A DNA stretch of 64,000 bases from Actinomycetota bacterium (GTDB lineage: Bacteria; Actinomycetota; UBA4738; HRBIN12), in the NCBI GenBank assembly GCA_035288045.1, contig DATEBA010000052.1, positions 3,788 through 67,787 of the forward strand, in the 5' to 3' direction. Positions 37,159 through 45,926 of this stretch are shown here, in pieces. Each line of letters opens with the position of its first letter. Position 1 is the first letter of the stretch. The notes under the pieces were generated by a model that ran no database searches, was not told the origin of the DNA, and worked only from the letters and a program-made list of their open reading frames with translations. The position numbers and the translations under genes are program-made.

Positions 37159-37821
37159 CTACGCCTGCTTCAGCGAGATCGCCTCGAGCATGTTCGCGAC
37201 GTCCTCGAGCTGGTCGATCGCCGCCTCGGTCTCGTCGATGATGTCCTTCCACTTGAGGACGTCCATCGCCTTGTGGTCGCCGCCGAAGAGGTCGGCGATC
37301 GCCCGCCGGTAGATCCGGTCGCCCTCGTTCTCCAGGCGGTTCACCTCGACCCAGTAGTCGGCCAGCTGCTTGTACTTCGGGAGAGTCGAGAGCGCCTCGC
37401 GGGTCACCCTGGCCGTGCGGACCAGCACCTCTGCCTGAGCCTTCATCTCGGGAAGCGGCCGCTCGATCTTGTGGAGCACGAACAGGTCGGCCGCGGCCTC
37501 TACGTGGTCCACGACGTCGTCGAGGCGGGACGCCAGGCGGTGGATGTCGTCGTGGTCCAGCGGCGTCACGAACACGGTGTTCAGGCGCCGCATGATCTCG
37601 TGGGTTATCTCGTCGGCCTCGTGCTCGATGTCCCGGAGCCGGTTCGCCTTGTTCTGGAGGTCGGTGAAGTCGCCGACCATGTCCTCGAAGGCGACGGCGG
37701 CGTCCTCCACCTTTCCGGCGAGCCGGACGAACATCTCGAAGAAGCTCTCGTCGCGGGGGACGAGCCTGAGCCTCAGCTTGGGCACCCCTGTCTCCCTTCG
37801 GTCGCCGCGCCGTTGATACAC
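37159..37821 (-). CDS. DUF47 family protein (PhoU-like putative phosphate transport regulator paired with PiT)
   Basis: 'LRLVPRDESFFEMF' is the typical DUF47 N-terminus. It is immediately upstream of and abuts the PiT gene. The true start is probably internal to the ORF. Confidence 0.75.
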   Translation of the reverse strand: MYQRRGDRRETGVPKLRLRLVPRDESFFEMFVRLAGKVEDAAVAFEDMVGDFTDLQNKANRLRDIEHEADEITHEIMRRLNTVFVTPLDHDDIHRLASRLDDVVDHVEAAADLFVLHKIERPLPEMKAQAEVLVRTARVTREALSTLPKYKQLADYWVEVNRLENEGDRIYRRAIADLFGGDHKAMDVLKWKDIIDETEAAIDQLEDVANMLEAISLKQA

Positions 37822-37849
37822 GAACCTCGGTCGGGCGACAACCGGGCAG

Positions 37850-38551
37850 GTGAACCCTCGGCCGGTCCCGGAATGTCGGCGCGCCTCCGACCGCCCCGGC
37901 TATGCTGCCGCCGTCGTGACGGTCCTCCTCCTCATAAGGCACGCGGAGTCCACCGCGAACGACCGAGGGCTGCTCACCGGGTGGAGCCCGGGGGTGCACC
38001 TGTCGGATCGCGGCAGGGAGCAGGCGAAGGCGTTGAGCGAGCGCCTGAGCGCGGTTCCGCTGGCCGAGATCTACGCGAGCCCGCTGGAGAGGTGCCGCGA
38101 GACCGCCGCCGCTCTGGCGTCGGGAAGGGGCATCCGGGTGCGTCTCGATCGCGACCTCGGCGAGGTGCGCTACGGGAGCTGGACCGGTCGCCCCCTCAAA
38201 CAGCTCGCCCGCACGAAGCTGTGGAAGTTGGTGCAGCTGGCGCCCTCGCGAGCCCGGTTCCCCGACGGGGAGAGCCTGTCGGAGGCTCAGCAGCGGGTCC
38301 TGGACGCGGCCGAGCGGATCGCATCTCGGCACCCGAGACGAGTGGTTGCGGTCGTGTCGCACTGTGACCCAATCCGGCTGCTCCTCTCCCACCTCGCGGG
38401 CGCGCACATCGACCAGTTCCAGCGGATGGTCGTCGACCCTGCGTCGGTTTCGGCGGTGGCGCTGGGTGACGACATCCCCAGGATCCTTCGCGTGAACCAC
38501 ACCGGGGACCTCGCCGGCCTCGTCCCCCGAACTCGGCGCGTGCGAGGATAG
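37850..38551 (+). CDS. Histidine phosphatase family protein (phosphoglycerate-mutase-like, MSMEG_4193-type)
   Basis: 'LLLIRHAESTAN' is the RHG catalytic motif, and 'VSHCDPIRLL' contains the second catalytic His. The start may be the GTG at 37916. Confidence 0.7.
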   Translation: MNPRPVPECRRASDRPGYAAAVVTVLLLIRHAESTANDRGLLTGWSPGVHLSDRGREQAKALSERLSAVPLAEIYASPLERCRETAAALASGRGIRVRLDRDLGEVRYGSWTGRPLKQLARTKLWKLVQLAPSRARFPDGESLSEAQQRVLDAAERIASRHPRRVVAVVSHCDPIRLLLSHLAGAHIDQFQRMVVDPASVSAVALGDDIPRILRVNHTGDLAGLVPRTRRVRG

Positions 38552-38555
38552 CCGC

Positions 38556-39059
38556 GTGGAGCTGGATCCCGTCGACCGGATCACGGCAGACGCCGTCGGC
38601 GAGCCCGGACAGCGGACGTTCTACCTCCAGGCTCGTCAGGGCGACCGCCTGGTCACCCTGCTGGTCGAGAAGGAGCAGGTCCGGCAGCTCGCCGCCTCGG
38701 TGGTAGAGATCCTCTCTCGCGTCGCTCGCGACACGGAGGGCGGGCCGGGCGAGGAGGAGCTGCGGCTGGAAGCGCCGCTCGAGCCTCTCTTCCGCGCCGG
38801 GCGTCTGTACATCGGCTACGAGGAGGACCGGGATCGCCTCCTGCTCGACATCGAGGAGCTGGTGCCGGAGGAAGGCGAGGGAGCCGCCGAGCGCGAGCCG
38901 GCCCGAGTGCGCATCTGGGCGACCCGGGAGCAGATGCTCGCGTTCTCTCGCCACGGCGCACAGGCCGTCTCGCGCGGCCGTCCCGCTTGCCAGTTCTGCG
39001 GCAACCCGATCGACCGGGAGGGCCACACGTGCCCCGCGATGAACGGCCATCGGGGCTGA
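38556..39059 (+). CDS. DUF3090 family protein with a C-terminal Cys-rich motif
   Basis: The product starts 'MELDPVDRITADAVGEPGQRTFYLQARQGDRLVTLLVEKEQV' and ends 'CQFCGNPIDREGHTCP'. The family and its gene context are conserved in Actinobacteria. Confidence 0.65.
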   Translation: MELDPVDRITADAVGEPGQRTFYLQARQGDRLVTLLVEKEQVRQLAASVVEILSRVARDTEGGPGEEELRLEAPLEPLFRAGRLYIGYEEDRDRLLLDIEELVPEEGEGAAEREPARVRIWATREQMLAFSRHGAQAVSRGRPACQFCGNPIDREGHTCPAMNGHRG

Positions 39060-39076
39060 TCCCGGCCGGGGGGGAG

Positions 39077-39772
39077 GTGCTCGACCTCCTCGCGATGGGC
39101 TCCATCGGCGTCCTCGGCGTCCTTCCGGGCTCGTCCAACTTCACGTTCCTCGCCCGCGTCGAGGGCGACGGTCTGGAGGCGCTGGCCGTCTACAAGCCGA
39201 GGGAGGGCGAGTCGCCGCTCTGGGACTTCCCCTTGGGCACGCTCCACCGCCGCGAGGTCGCGGCCTTCGTCGTGGCCCGGTTTCTCGGGTGGCCGACCGT
39301 TCCTCCGACCTTGCTGCGAGACGGTCCGGCGGGGCCCGGTTCGGTCCAACTGTTCGTCGAGTTCGACCCCGACCAGCACTACTTCACGCTTCACGAGGAT
39401 CGCGGGGAGGACTTCCGGGAGATAGCGGCGTTCGATGTCGTCGTCAACAACGCCGACCGGAAGGCCGGACACTGCCTCCTCGGTCGCGACGGGCGGATCT
39501 TCGCGATCGACCACGGGACCTGCTTCAACGTCGACCCAAAGCTCCGCACGGTGGTCTGGGACTTCGTGGGCGAGGCGATACCGGACCGGCTGCTCGAGGA
39601 CGTCGCCGCGCTCGCGAACGAGCTGAGGGCGGGCGACCTGCGGGCCACACTCGGCGACCTGCTCGGGCCCGACGAGATCGATGCGACCGCCAGAAGGGCG
39701 GAGGGGCTAGTCGCGGAAGGGCGATTCCCCGGCCCGGGACCCGGTCGCCCCTTCCCGTGGCCCGTCGTTTGA
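39077..39772 (+). CDS. SCO1664 family protein (conserved actinobacterial protein of the phosphomutase/DUF3090 cassette)
   Basis: A GTG start is placed at 39077 after a G-rich ribosome-binding site. 'GSSNFTFLARVEGDG' and 'VVNNADRKAGHCLL...IDHGTCF' match the family. Confidence 0.6.
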   Translation: MLDLLAMGSIGVLGVLPGSSNFTFLARVEGDGLEALAVYKPREGESPLWDFPLGTLHRREVAAFVVARFLGWPTVPPTLLRDGPAGPGSVQLFVEFDPDQHYFTLHEDRGEDFREIAAFDVVVNNADRKAGHCLLGRDGRIFAIDHGTCFNVDPKLRTVVWDFVGEAIPDRLLEDVAALANELRAGDLRATLGDLLGPDEIDATARRAEGLVAEGRFPGPGPGRPFPWPVV

Positions 39773-40299
39773 GGACCTTTCGGATCGCGGAGATCGGCTC
39801 CCCGATCGGGAGGCTCGTCGTCGCCGGGACCGAGCGCGGCGTCGCAAGGATCGTCTTCCCGGAGGAGCTGGGGGCGCTTGAGGAGCTCGCCGACGAGGGT
39901 GAGGTGGTCGAGGACCGCCGGGCGCTCGCGCCCGTCCTTCGGGAGCTCCGCGAGTACTTCTTGGGCCGCCGCAGTAGTTTCACGGTGGGCGTGGACCTGT
40001 CGAGGGTGCGCGAGTTCGCCAGGCGCGCGCTCGAAGCCACCGCTCGCATCCCGTATGGGTCGGTCGCCACCTACGCTGAGGTGGCCGCCCGCGCGGGTAG
40101 CCCTCGCGGTGCGCGCGCGGCCGGCAACGCCCTTGCAGGCAACCCAGTTCCGATCCTTGTTCCGTGCCACCGCGTGGTGCCCGCCGGGGGAGGCATCGGC
40201 AGCTACGGCGGCCACGAAGAACGCAAAGAGTTCCTGCTCCGCCTGGAGGGATCGCTGGAAGGGTCGCTCCGGGAGGAACCCGCTACCCTCGGGGCGTGA
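39769..40299 (+). CDS. ogt: Methylated-DNA--protein-cysteine methyltransferase (Ogt)
   Basis: The 'PCHRVV' active-site motif and 'IPYGSVATYAEVA' are present. The TTG start overlaps the SCO1664 stop as TTGA. Confidence 0.8.
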   Translation: MRTFRIAEIGSPIGRLVVAGTERGVARIVFPEELGALEELADEGEVVEDRRALAPVLRELREYFLGRRSSFTVGVDLSRVREFARRALEATARIPYGSVATYAEVAARAGSPRGARAAGNALAGNPVPILVPCHRVVPAGGGIGSYGGHEERKEFLLRLEGSLEGSLREEPATLGA

Positions 40300-40313
40300 C
40301 GGCCCGCACACGG

Positions 40314-40871
40314 ATGCCCGGTCCGGCCGCGACGGCGGGAGCCGCGCTCGGTGGCGTGACGCTCGCGCACTGCCTCGCCTACCTAGCCGCACTCCCCGCG
40401 GAGGCGGAACGTCATTCCCACATGACGGCGACGGGCCACGGCTCCTTCCCTATGCTCGTCGCGGTCGCCTCCGCCGCCGCGGGGGCGGCGCTGCTCGCGG
40501 TGAGCCTTCGAGCCCTCGGGCCCGCGGCAGCGCTCGGCGTCGTGCCGACCGCCGCACGCCTGGCGGCTATCCAGGTGCCCGGGTTCGCCCTGCTCGAGCT
40601 CATCGAGCGGCGTATGGGAGTGGGGTCCGCGCTCGCCGACCCGGCCGTCCGCGTCGGGCTGGTCCTCCAGGTCCTGGTCGCGCTCGGAGCCGCCCTCCTG
40701 CTCCGCGGCGTCGAGCGAACGGTCGGCGCGGTCGCCCGGCGTCGCCGTCGTGATGGGCGAGCCGTTCTCGCCCTCCCGCGACGCGGTTCGACGATCTCGC
40801 TCGCACCGCGTGCAACCCTCCTCGCCGCAGCTCCCAGACGCGCTCCCCCGCTGCCGCTCGCAACCACCTGA
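40314..40871 (+). CDS. Possible Ala-rich membrane protein (hypothetical)
   Basis: The internal ATG of ORF 40164..40871 starts the product 'MPGPAATAG'. Hydrophobic helices include 'HCLAYLAALP', 'MLVAVASAAAGAALLAVSL' and 'GLVLQVLVALGAALLL'. It could be a high-GC artifact. Confidence 0.25.
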   Translation: MPGPAATAGAALGGVTLAHCLAYLAALPAEAERHSHMTATGHGSFPMLVAVASAAAGAALLAVSLRALGPAAALGVVPTAARLAAIQVPGFALLELIERRMGVGSALADPAVRVGLVLQVLVALGAALLLRGVERTVGAVARRRRRDGRAVLALPRRGSTISLAPRATLLAAAPRRAPPLPLATT

Positions 40872-40912
40872 CACAGGGCCGCCACGCGGCCCTCGAGCGG
40901 AAGGTAACGAGC

Positions 40913-41359
40913 ATGGACAAGAGATGGATAGCGGTTGCCGTCGGCGTCGTCGCGCTCGTCGGGATCTTCCTCGCGGTTCGCCCGCGCGACGACGCCGACG
41001 TCCCGAAAGCCCCGACATCGACCGAGACTCCCTCCCCGAGCGGTCACGAGGACGGCGAGATGACGATGAAGCCGTCGGCGACGATGCCGGCAGAAGACGA
41101 GGTGCCGGTGGTGGTCGGAGTCCGAGCCGGGAAGGTGACGGGACCCGGCACGGCGACCGTTAAGGTCGGCGACCGGCTGCACCTCACCGTGACGTCGGAC
41201 GTCGTCGACGAGGTCCACGTGCACGGCTACGACCTGACGGCCGACGTCGGCCCCGACGAACCCGCGCACGTAGAACTCGTGGCCGCGACCGCCGGGATCT
41301 TCGAGGTGGAGCTCGAGGGCTCGGGCCTCCTCCTGGTTCGGATCCGGGTCGAGCCGTGA
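40913..41359 (+). CDS. Signal-anchored cupredoxin-like domain protein
   Basis: The N-terminal transmembrane anchor is 'IAVAVGVVALVGIFLAV'. The C-terminal beta domain 'KVGDRLHLTVTSDVVDEVHVHGYDL...GIFEVELEGSG' resembles the cupredoxin_1-type fold. Confidence 0.5.
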   Translation: MDKRWIAVAVGVVALVGIFLAVRPRDDADVPKAPTSTETPSPSGHEDGEMTMKPSATMPAEDEVPVVVGVRAGKVTGPGTATVKVGDRLHLTVTSDVVDEVHVHGYDLTADVGPDEPAHVELVAATAGIFEVELEGSGLLLVRIRVEP

Positions 41360-42723
41360 GAAGACGGCTCCTGCCGATCGCCACCGCGGGAGTGCTCTTC
41401 CTGAACGACGCTCGCCCGGCCCTCGCCCACGGCCTGGGCGGACGGCTCGACCTGCCGGTGCCGAGATGGTTGTTCGTCTACGGCGCGGCGGTCGCCCTCG
41501 TGATCTCCTTCGTGGCCCTCGCGGTGCTCTGGCGTTCGCCCAGGCTCGAGGGACGAAAGGAGCGTGATGGGCACGACGGCCCGCTGCAGTCGCTCCTCAG
41601 CTCGACGATCGTCGAGTGGACCCTTCGCGCGGTCGGGCTCGCCCTGTTCCTCCTCGTCGTGGTGGCAGCCCTCGGCGGTGTCGACGAGCCGACCGACAAC
41701 GTCGCACCCGTGTTCGTGTACGTATGGCTGTGGGTAGGGCTCGCGTTCGCCTGCGCACTCCTCGGGAACCTCTGGGCGACCCTCTCGCCGTTCGACACGG
41801 CGGCACGCCTGCTCGCGATCGGCGACGAGCCACGCCGCGCGTATCCGAAGGCCTGGGGCAAGTGGCCGGCGGCGCTCCTCCTCCTGGGCTTCACCTGGCT
41901 CGAGCTGGTCGCGCCCTTCGGCGCGACGCCCCGCACGCTCGGTGTCGCGATCGCCGCGTACACCCTGATCACGCTAACGGGCATGGCCGTCTTCGGCCGC
42001 GGCGAGTGGAATCGCCGCGGCGAGGCATTCGCGGTGCTCTACGACCTCCTGGGCAGGCTCGCGCCGTTCGCGAGGGACGGGGACGGCCGTGTGGTTCGCC
42101 GCCCGGTGCTCGGGGGGCTCCCTTCGCTCCGCCCCGAACCGGGGCTCCTGGCGTTCGTGGGTGTGCTGCTCGGCTCGACCACGTTCGACGGGGTGTCGCG
42201 CACGAGCGCGTGGACCTCGCTCGTCGGCGGCCTCGGGTCGGTGTCGAGAACGCTAGCCGGCACCGCCGGGCTCATCGCGGTGACCATGCTCGTCACGGGC
42301 GCCTTCTCGCTAGCCATGGCGTCGGCCTCGCTCGTCTCCGGCGAGCGATGGCACCCGCTCGCCGTCCGCTTCGCGCACAGCCTGGTTCCCATCGCGTTCG
42401 CGTACATGGTCGCCCACTACTTCTCGCTTCTCGTCCTGGAGGGCCAGCTGGGGCTGCGCCTCGTGTCCGATCCCTTCGGGCTCGGATGGAACCTGCTCGG
42501 CACCGCCGGCTGGAGCGTGAACCTCGGGCTCCTCTCGGTCGGCGTGATCTGGTACGTGCAGGTCGTCGCGATCGTGGCGGGACACATAGGCGGCGTCGTC
42601 CTCGCGCACGACCGCGCCGTGGCCTCGTTCCCGGCCCGCGTCGCGATGCGCACCCAGTACGCGCTCCTGGCCGTCATGATCCTCTTCACCGCGATCGGGC
42701 TGCTGCTTCTCTCGGGCGGATGA
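41356..42723 (+). CDS. Polytopic integral membrane protein with an N-terminal signal peptide (uncharacterised family)
   Basis: 'MRRRLLPIATAGVLFLNDARPALAHG' is followed by about 10-12 hydrophobic helices over 455 aa. The start overlaps the upstream stop as ATGA. Confidence 0.55.
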   Translation: MRRRLLPIATAGVLFLNDARPALAHGLGGRLDLPVPRWLFVYGAAVALVISFVALAVLWRSPRLEGRKERDGHDGPLQSLLSSTIVEWTLRAVGLALFLLVVVAALGGVDEPTDNVAPVFVYVWLWVGLAFACALLGNLWATLSPFDTAARLLAIGDEPRRAYPKAWGKWPAALLLLGFTWLELVAPFGATPRTLGVAIAAYTLITLTGMAVFGRGEWNRRGEAFAVLYDLLGRLAPFARDGDGRVVRRPVLGGLPSLRPEPGLLAFVGVLLGSTTFDGVSRTSAWTSLVGGLGSVSRTLAGTAGLIAVTMLVTGAFSLAMASASLVSGERWHPLAVRFAHSLVPIAFAYMVAHYFSLLVLEGQLGLRLVSDPFGLGWNLLGTAGWSVNLGLLSVGVIWYVQVVAIVAGHIGGVVLAHDRAVASFPARVAMRTQYALLAVMILFTAIGLLLLSGG

Positions 42724-42908
42724 TCGCCCACCAGGGAGGCTGGGACGAGGTGCTTCTTCCCGCCCTCGTGGTGCTCGGCCTCGTCGCGTCCACGCGGTGG
42801 CGCCGGCGGCCCCAACGTCCCAGCAGCGGGCGGTGCGCGTACTGTGGGAAGGAGATGGCGCACGGCCAGTGGAGATGCGCGTCGTGCGGGTTCCGGGGGG
42901 GATCGTGA
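42720..42908 (+). CDS. Small protein (62 aa) with one transmembrane helix and a C-terminal CxxC...CxxC zinc ribbon
   Basis: The product is 'MIAHQGGWDEVLLPALVVLGLVASTRWRRRP...CAYCGKEMAHGQWRCASCGF'. Its ATG overlaps the upstream stop as ATGA. Confidence 0.4.
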   Translation: MIAHQGGWDEVLLPALVVLGLVASTRWRRRPQRPSSGRCAYCGKEMAHGQWRCASCGFRGGS

Positions 42909-43306
42909 AAGGCTCGCTGGTGTCCCTTGCGCTCGTCGTTGTCGCGTGCACCGCTGCGGGGCGCGCGACGCCCGAGACGACGGCCTCAGGGGTGCTCGGC
43001 ATCGTCACGGGCTCCGACGCGAGAGAGACCCTCGCGGCGCTCTGCGAGCTCCGCGGCTCGACCGGCCCATCGGCGGCAGAGGCCCTGTTCTTCGATCGCG
43101 CCCACGAGCGGCTGCACGAGATCGCGGCCGCCGTCGAGCAGGTCGACCGCGCGGCGGCGGGTCGGCTCCTCGAGGCAAAGGAGCGGGTCGAGGCTGGCAT
43201 CGGCACGCTCCCGCATTCGTTCGCGAGCAACATGGAGGGGCTGCTCGAAGCGACCCGGGCGGGGCTAGCCGAGCTGGGCCTCCCATCGCCCGGCTGCGAC
43301 GTATGA
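42905..43306 (+). CDS. Lipoprotein (helical, uncharacterised)
   Basis: A GTG start gives 'MKGSLVSLALVVVACTAAG' with a lipobox 'VVAC'. The start overlaps the upstream stop as GTGA. Confidence 0.5.
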   Translation: MKGSLVSLALVVVACTAAGRATPETTASGVLGIVTGSDARETLAALCELRGSTGPSAAEALFFDRAHERLHEIAAAVEQVDRAAAGRLLEAKERVEAGIGTLPHSFASNMEGLLEATRAGLAELGLPSPGCDV

Positions 43307-43330
43307 ACGACGAGGCGAGATGATGGTGAC

Positions 43331-44275
43331 GTGGTGAGAAGGATCCCCGCGGTCCTGGCGCTGCTCCTACTGGCGGCATCCTGCACAGGGTCCGAGCCGA
43401 CCGGCCAGTCCCCTCCGCCCGAACAGGTGGAGCTCGTCGCCCAGGTGGCGAGCGCGGATCTGTTCGCCGGACAGCCCCAGCGCGTGCTGGTCGGGATGTT
43501 CGCGAACGACGGTCGGATCGTGACCTTCGGCACGGTCCGGTTCTCCTTCTCCTACGTCGGCACCGCCGAGGACCCGGTCGACCCGGCCGAACCGGGGCCG
43601 GCCGCAGAGGCCCGGTACATCCCCACCCCGGGGACGCCGAGCGGCGAGGGCGGAGCCGCGTCCCTGTCGCAGCCGTCGGAGGCGCGCGGTGTCTACCAGG
43701 CGACCGACGTGACGTTCCCGATGGCCGGCTTCTGGCAGGTGACGGTCGACACCGACGTCGAGGGTGTGGGCACGGCAAGGGCGACGTCCGCGTTCGAGGT
43801 GCGCTCCGAGCCGCAGATCCCGGCGCCCGGTGACGACGTCCTCCCGACCGAGAACCTCACCCTCGACTCCAAGGGCGTCCCCGCCGGAGCGATCGACTCG
43901 ATCGCAGCCGCGGGAGCCGACATCCCAGACCCCGAGCTCCACACCTCCACGATCGCCGACGCGCTCGACGAGAGGAAGTCCATGGTCGTCGTCTTCGCCA
44001 CGCCGGCGTACTGCATCAGCCGCTTCTGCGGCCCGGTCGTGTCCGCGATCCAGGATCTCGCCGACCGGTTCGGAGGCTCCGCCGTCTACATCCACGTCGA
44101 GATCTGGCGCGACTACGAGAATGGGATCATCAACGACGCGGCGGCCGAGTGGCTCCAGCTCCCGAGCGGAGACCTCACCGAGCCGTGGATCTACATGATC
44201 GACGACCGCGGCGTGATAGTCGACCGATGGAACTCGCTGTTCGACCCCGCCGAGCTCGCCGCGTACCTGCAGTGA
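43331..44275 (+). CDS. Lipoprotein with an N-terminal Ig-like/YtkA-like domain and a C-terminal thioredoxin-like (SCO/TlpA-like) domain
   Basis: The lipobox is 'LLLAASC'. The C-terminal 'VVVFATPAYCISRFCGP...IYMIDDRGVIV' is thioredoxin-fold-like with a CX4C motif. Confidence 0.55.
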   Translation: MVRRIPAVLALLLLAASCTGSEPTGQSPPPEQVELVAQVASADLFAGQPQRVLVGMFANDGRIVTFGTVRFSFSYVGTAEDPVDPAEPGPAAEARYIPTPGTPSGEGGAASLSQPSEARGVYQATDVTFPMAGFWQVTVDTDVEGVGTARATSAFEVRSEPQIPAPGDDVLPTENLTLDSKGVPAGAIDSIAAAGADIPDPELHTSTIADALDERKSMVVVFATPAYCISRFCGPVVSAIQDLADRFGGSAVYIHVEIWRDYENGIINDAAAEWLQLPSGDLTEPWIYMIDDRGVIVDRWNSLFDPAELAAYLQ

Positions 44276-44315
44276 CCTCGCGTAGTCGTGCAGGTTCCGG
44301 CTCTATGCTTCGCCC

Positions 44316-45212
44316 ATGGGCGGCGATGCGCACGGCTCGCGGGTAGATGCCCCGTCCGAGACCGCGAGGGGGATCCGAGCGATCAAGTTCTCGCTGCTCG
44401 GCCTCGGGGCGACCGCGATCCTCCAGGCCGCGATCGTCGCGCTCTCGGGGTCGGTGGCGCTGCTCGCCGACACGATCCACAACCTGTCCGATGCGCTGAC
44501 GGCGATCCCCCTTTGGATCGCGTTCGGGCTGGGACGGCGGCCACCGACGCGACGCTACCCCTACGGGTTCCATCGGGCCGAGGATCTCGCCGGCATCCTC
44601 ATAGTGCTGGCCATCCTCGCGTCCGCGGCGCTCGCCGGATGGCAGGCGGTCATGCGCCTCGCCGAGCCGCACCCAATCGAGCACACGTCTTGGGTGGCGG
44701 CTGCGGGCGCGCTGGGCTTCCTCGGGAACGAGCTCGTAGCCGAGTACCGGATCCGGGTCGGACGGCGGATCGGCTCGGCCGCGCTGGTCGCCGACGGCCA
44801 GCACGCGAGGACCGACGGGCTGACCTCGCTCGGCGTCGTCGCCGGAGCGATCGGTGCCGCGCTCGGCTACCCGGCCGCCGACCCGATCGCTGGCCTCGCG
44901 ATCACGGTGGCGATCCTTTCCGTGCTGAAGGATGCCGGCCGTCAGGTCGTGCACCGGATCATGGATGGGACGGAGGAGTCGACGATCGTGATGTTCGAGG
45001 AGGTCGCGGCCGCGGTTCCCGGCGTCGAGCACGTCACAGACGTGCGCGCGCGCTGGGCCGGGCACCGGCTCATCGGAGAGCTCTCGATCGACGTGGACCG
45101 GTCGCTGACCGTCGAGGAGGGGCACGCGATCTCCGAACGGGTCGAAGCCGAGCTCCGGGCGGCCATCCCGAGCCTGCGCCACGCCACCGTCCACGTCGAG
45201 CCGCACGGGTAG
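44316..45212 (+). CDS. Cation diffusion facilitator (CDF) family metal efflux transporter
   Basis: The transmembrane motifs are 'LLADTIHNLSDAL' and 'HARTDGLTSLGV'. A C-terminal cytoplasmic domain is present. Confidence 0.8.
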   Translation: MGGDAHGSRVDAPSETARGIRAIKFSLLGLGATAILQAAIVALSGSVALLADTIHNLSDALTAIPLWIAFGLGRRPPTRRYPYGFHRAEDLAGILIVLAILASAALAGWQAVMRLAEPHPIEHTSWVAAAGALGFLGNELVAEYRIRVGRRIGSAALVADGQHARTDGLTSLGVVAGAIGAALGYPAADPIAGLAITVAILSVLKDAGRQVVHRIMDGTEESTIVMFEEVAAAVPGVEHVTDVRARWAGHRLIGELSIDVDRSLTVEEGHAISERVEAELRAAIPSLRHATVHVEPHG

Positions 45213-45225
45213 CACTGCTGAACCT

Positions 45226-45909
45226 TCAGACCCGCGAGAGGTACGAAAGCACCTCGGGCGGAACCAGATCGGTCACGTCGCCGCCGGCGCGAACGCGGTC
45301 TCTGACGGATCGGGACGACACCGCGGAGATCTCCGGCGCGATCTCGAGCCGGCGGAACCGGCCTCGCCAGCGAGTGTTCTCGGGAAGCTCGAGCGCTGCC
45401 TCGACCGCACCCTCGTCGCCTCCTCGAACCGCGTAGCGGACGTCGGCCAGCGCGAACAGTCGCTCGAGAGCTCCATCGCGGTCGTCGTACCACCGGGGGT
45501 CGAGCATCTGCAGCGCCTTGTCGGAGCCGACCACGACATGCAGCACGGCGCCTGGGAACCGCAGGGCGGCGGCGGCGGCTTGGTCGAGTAGCAGGCCGTG
45601 GGAGCAGACTGCCGCCGCGAGCCGGCGGCTGCCGCCGCCGCAGAGGACCTCGAGCGCCTGCACGCGCTCCTGCTCCGAGAGAAGCGGCGGCGACGTGGCC
45701 CCCTCCTTGGGAAGGGTCCGCACCGAGTAGACGAGAACGACGAGCTCCGATCCCTCCGCGGCAGCCTCGGCCAGCCCGACGTGCCCGACCGTGGGAGGAT
45801 CGAACGAGCCGGAGAGCAGCGCAACCGACCGAGGCCGTCCGACGGTGTCGACCACCATGGTCGGCCGCTCCGCTCGTCTGAGCTCGTCGAGCGCCTCCCG
45901 CAACGCCAT
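45226..45909 (-). CDS. Nucleotidyltransferase of the NadD (nicotinate-nucleotide adenylyltransferase) type
   Basis: 'LLSGSFDPPTVGH' is the (H/T)xGH motif. The C-terminal 'ISAVSSRSVRD' is like the NadD 'ISSTxIR' motif. The start is trimmed to the internal ATG. Confidence 0.55.
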   Translation of the reverse strand: MALREALDELRRAERPTMVVDTVGRPRSVALLSGSFDPPTVGHVGLAEAAAEGSELVVLVYSVRTLPKEGATSPPLLSEQERVQALEVLCGGGSRRLAAAVCSHGLLLDQAAAAALRFPGAVLHVVVGSDKALQMLDPRWYDDRDGALERLFALADVRYAVRGGDEGAVEAALELPENTRWRGRFRRLEIAPEISAVSSRSVRDRVRAGGDVTDLVPPEVLSYLSRV

Positions 45910-45926
45910 GCGCCTACGATGGCCCG

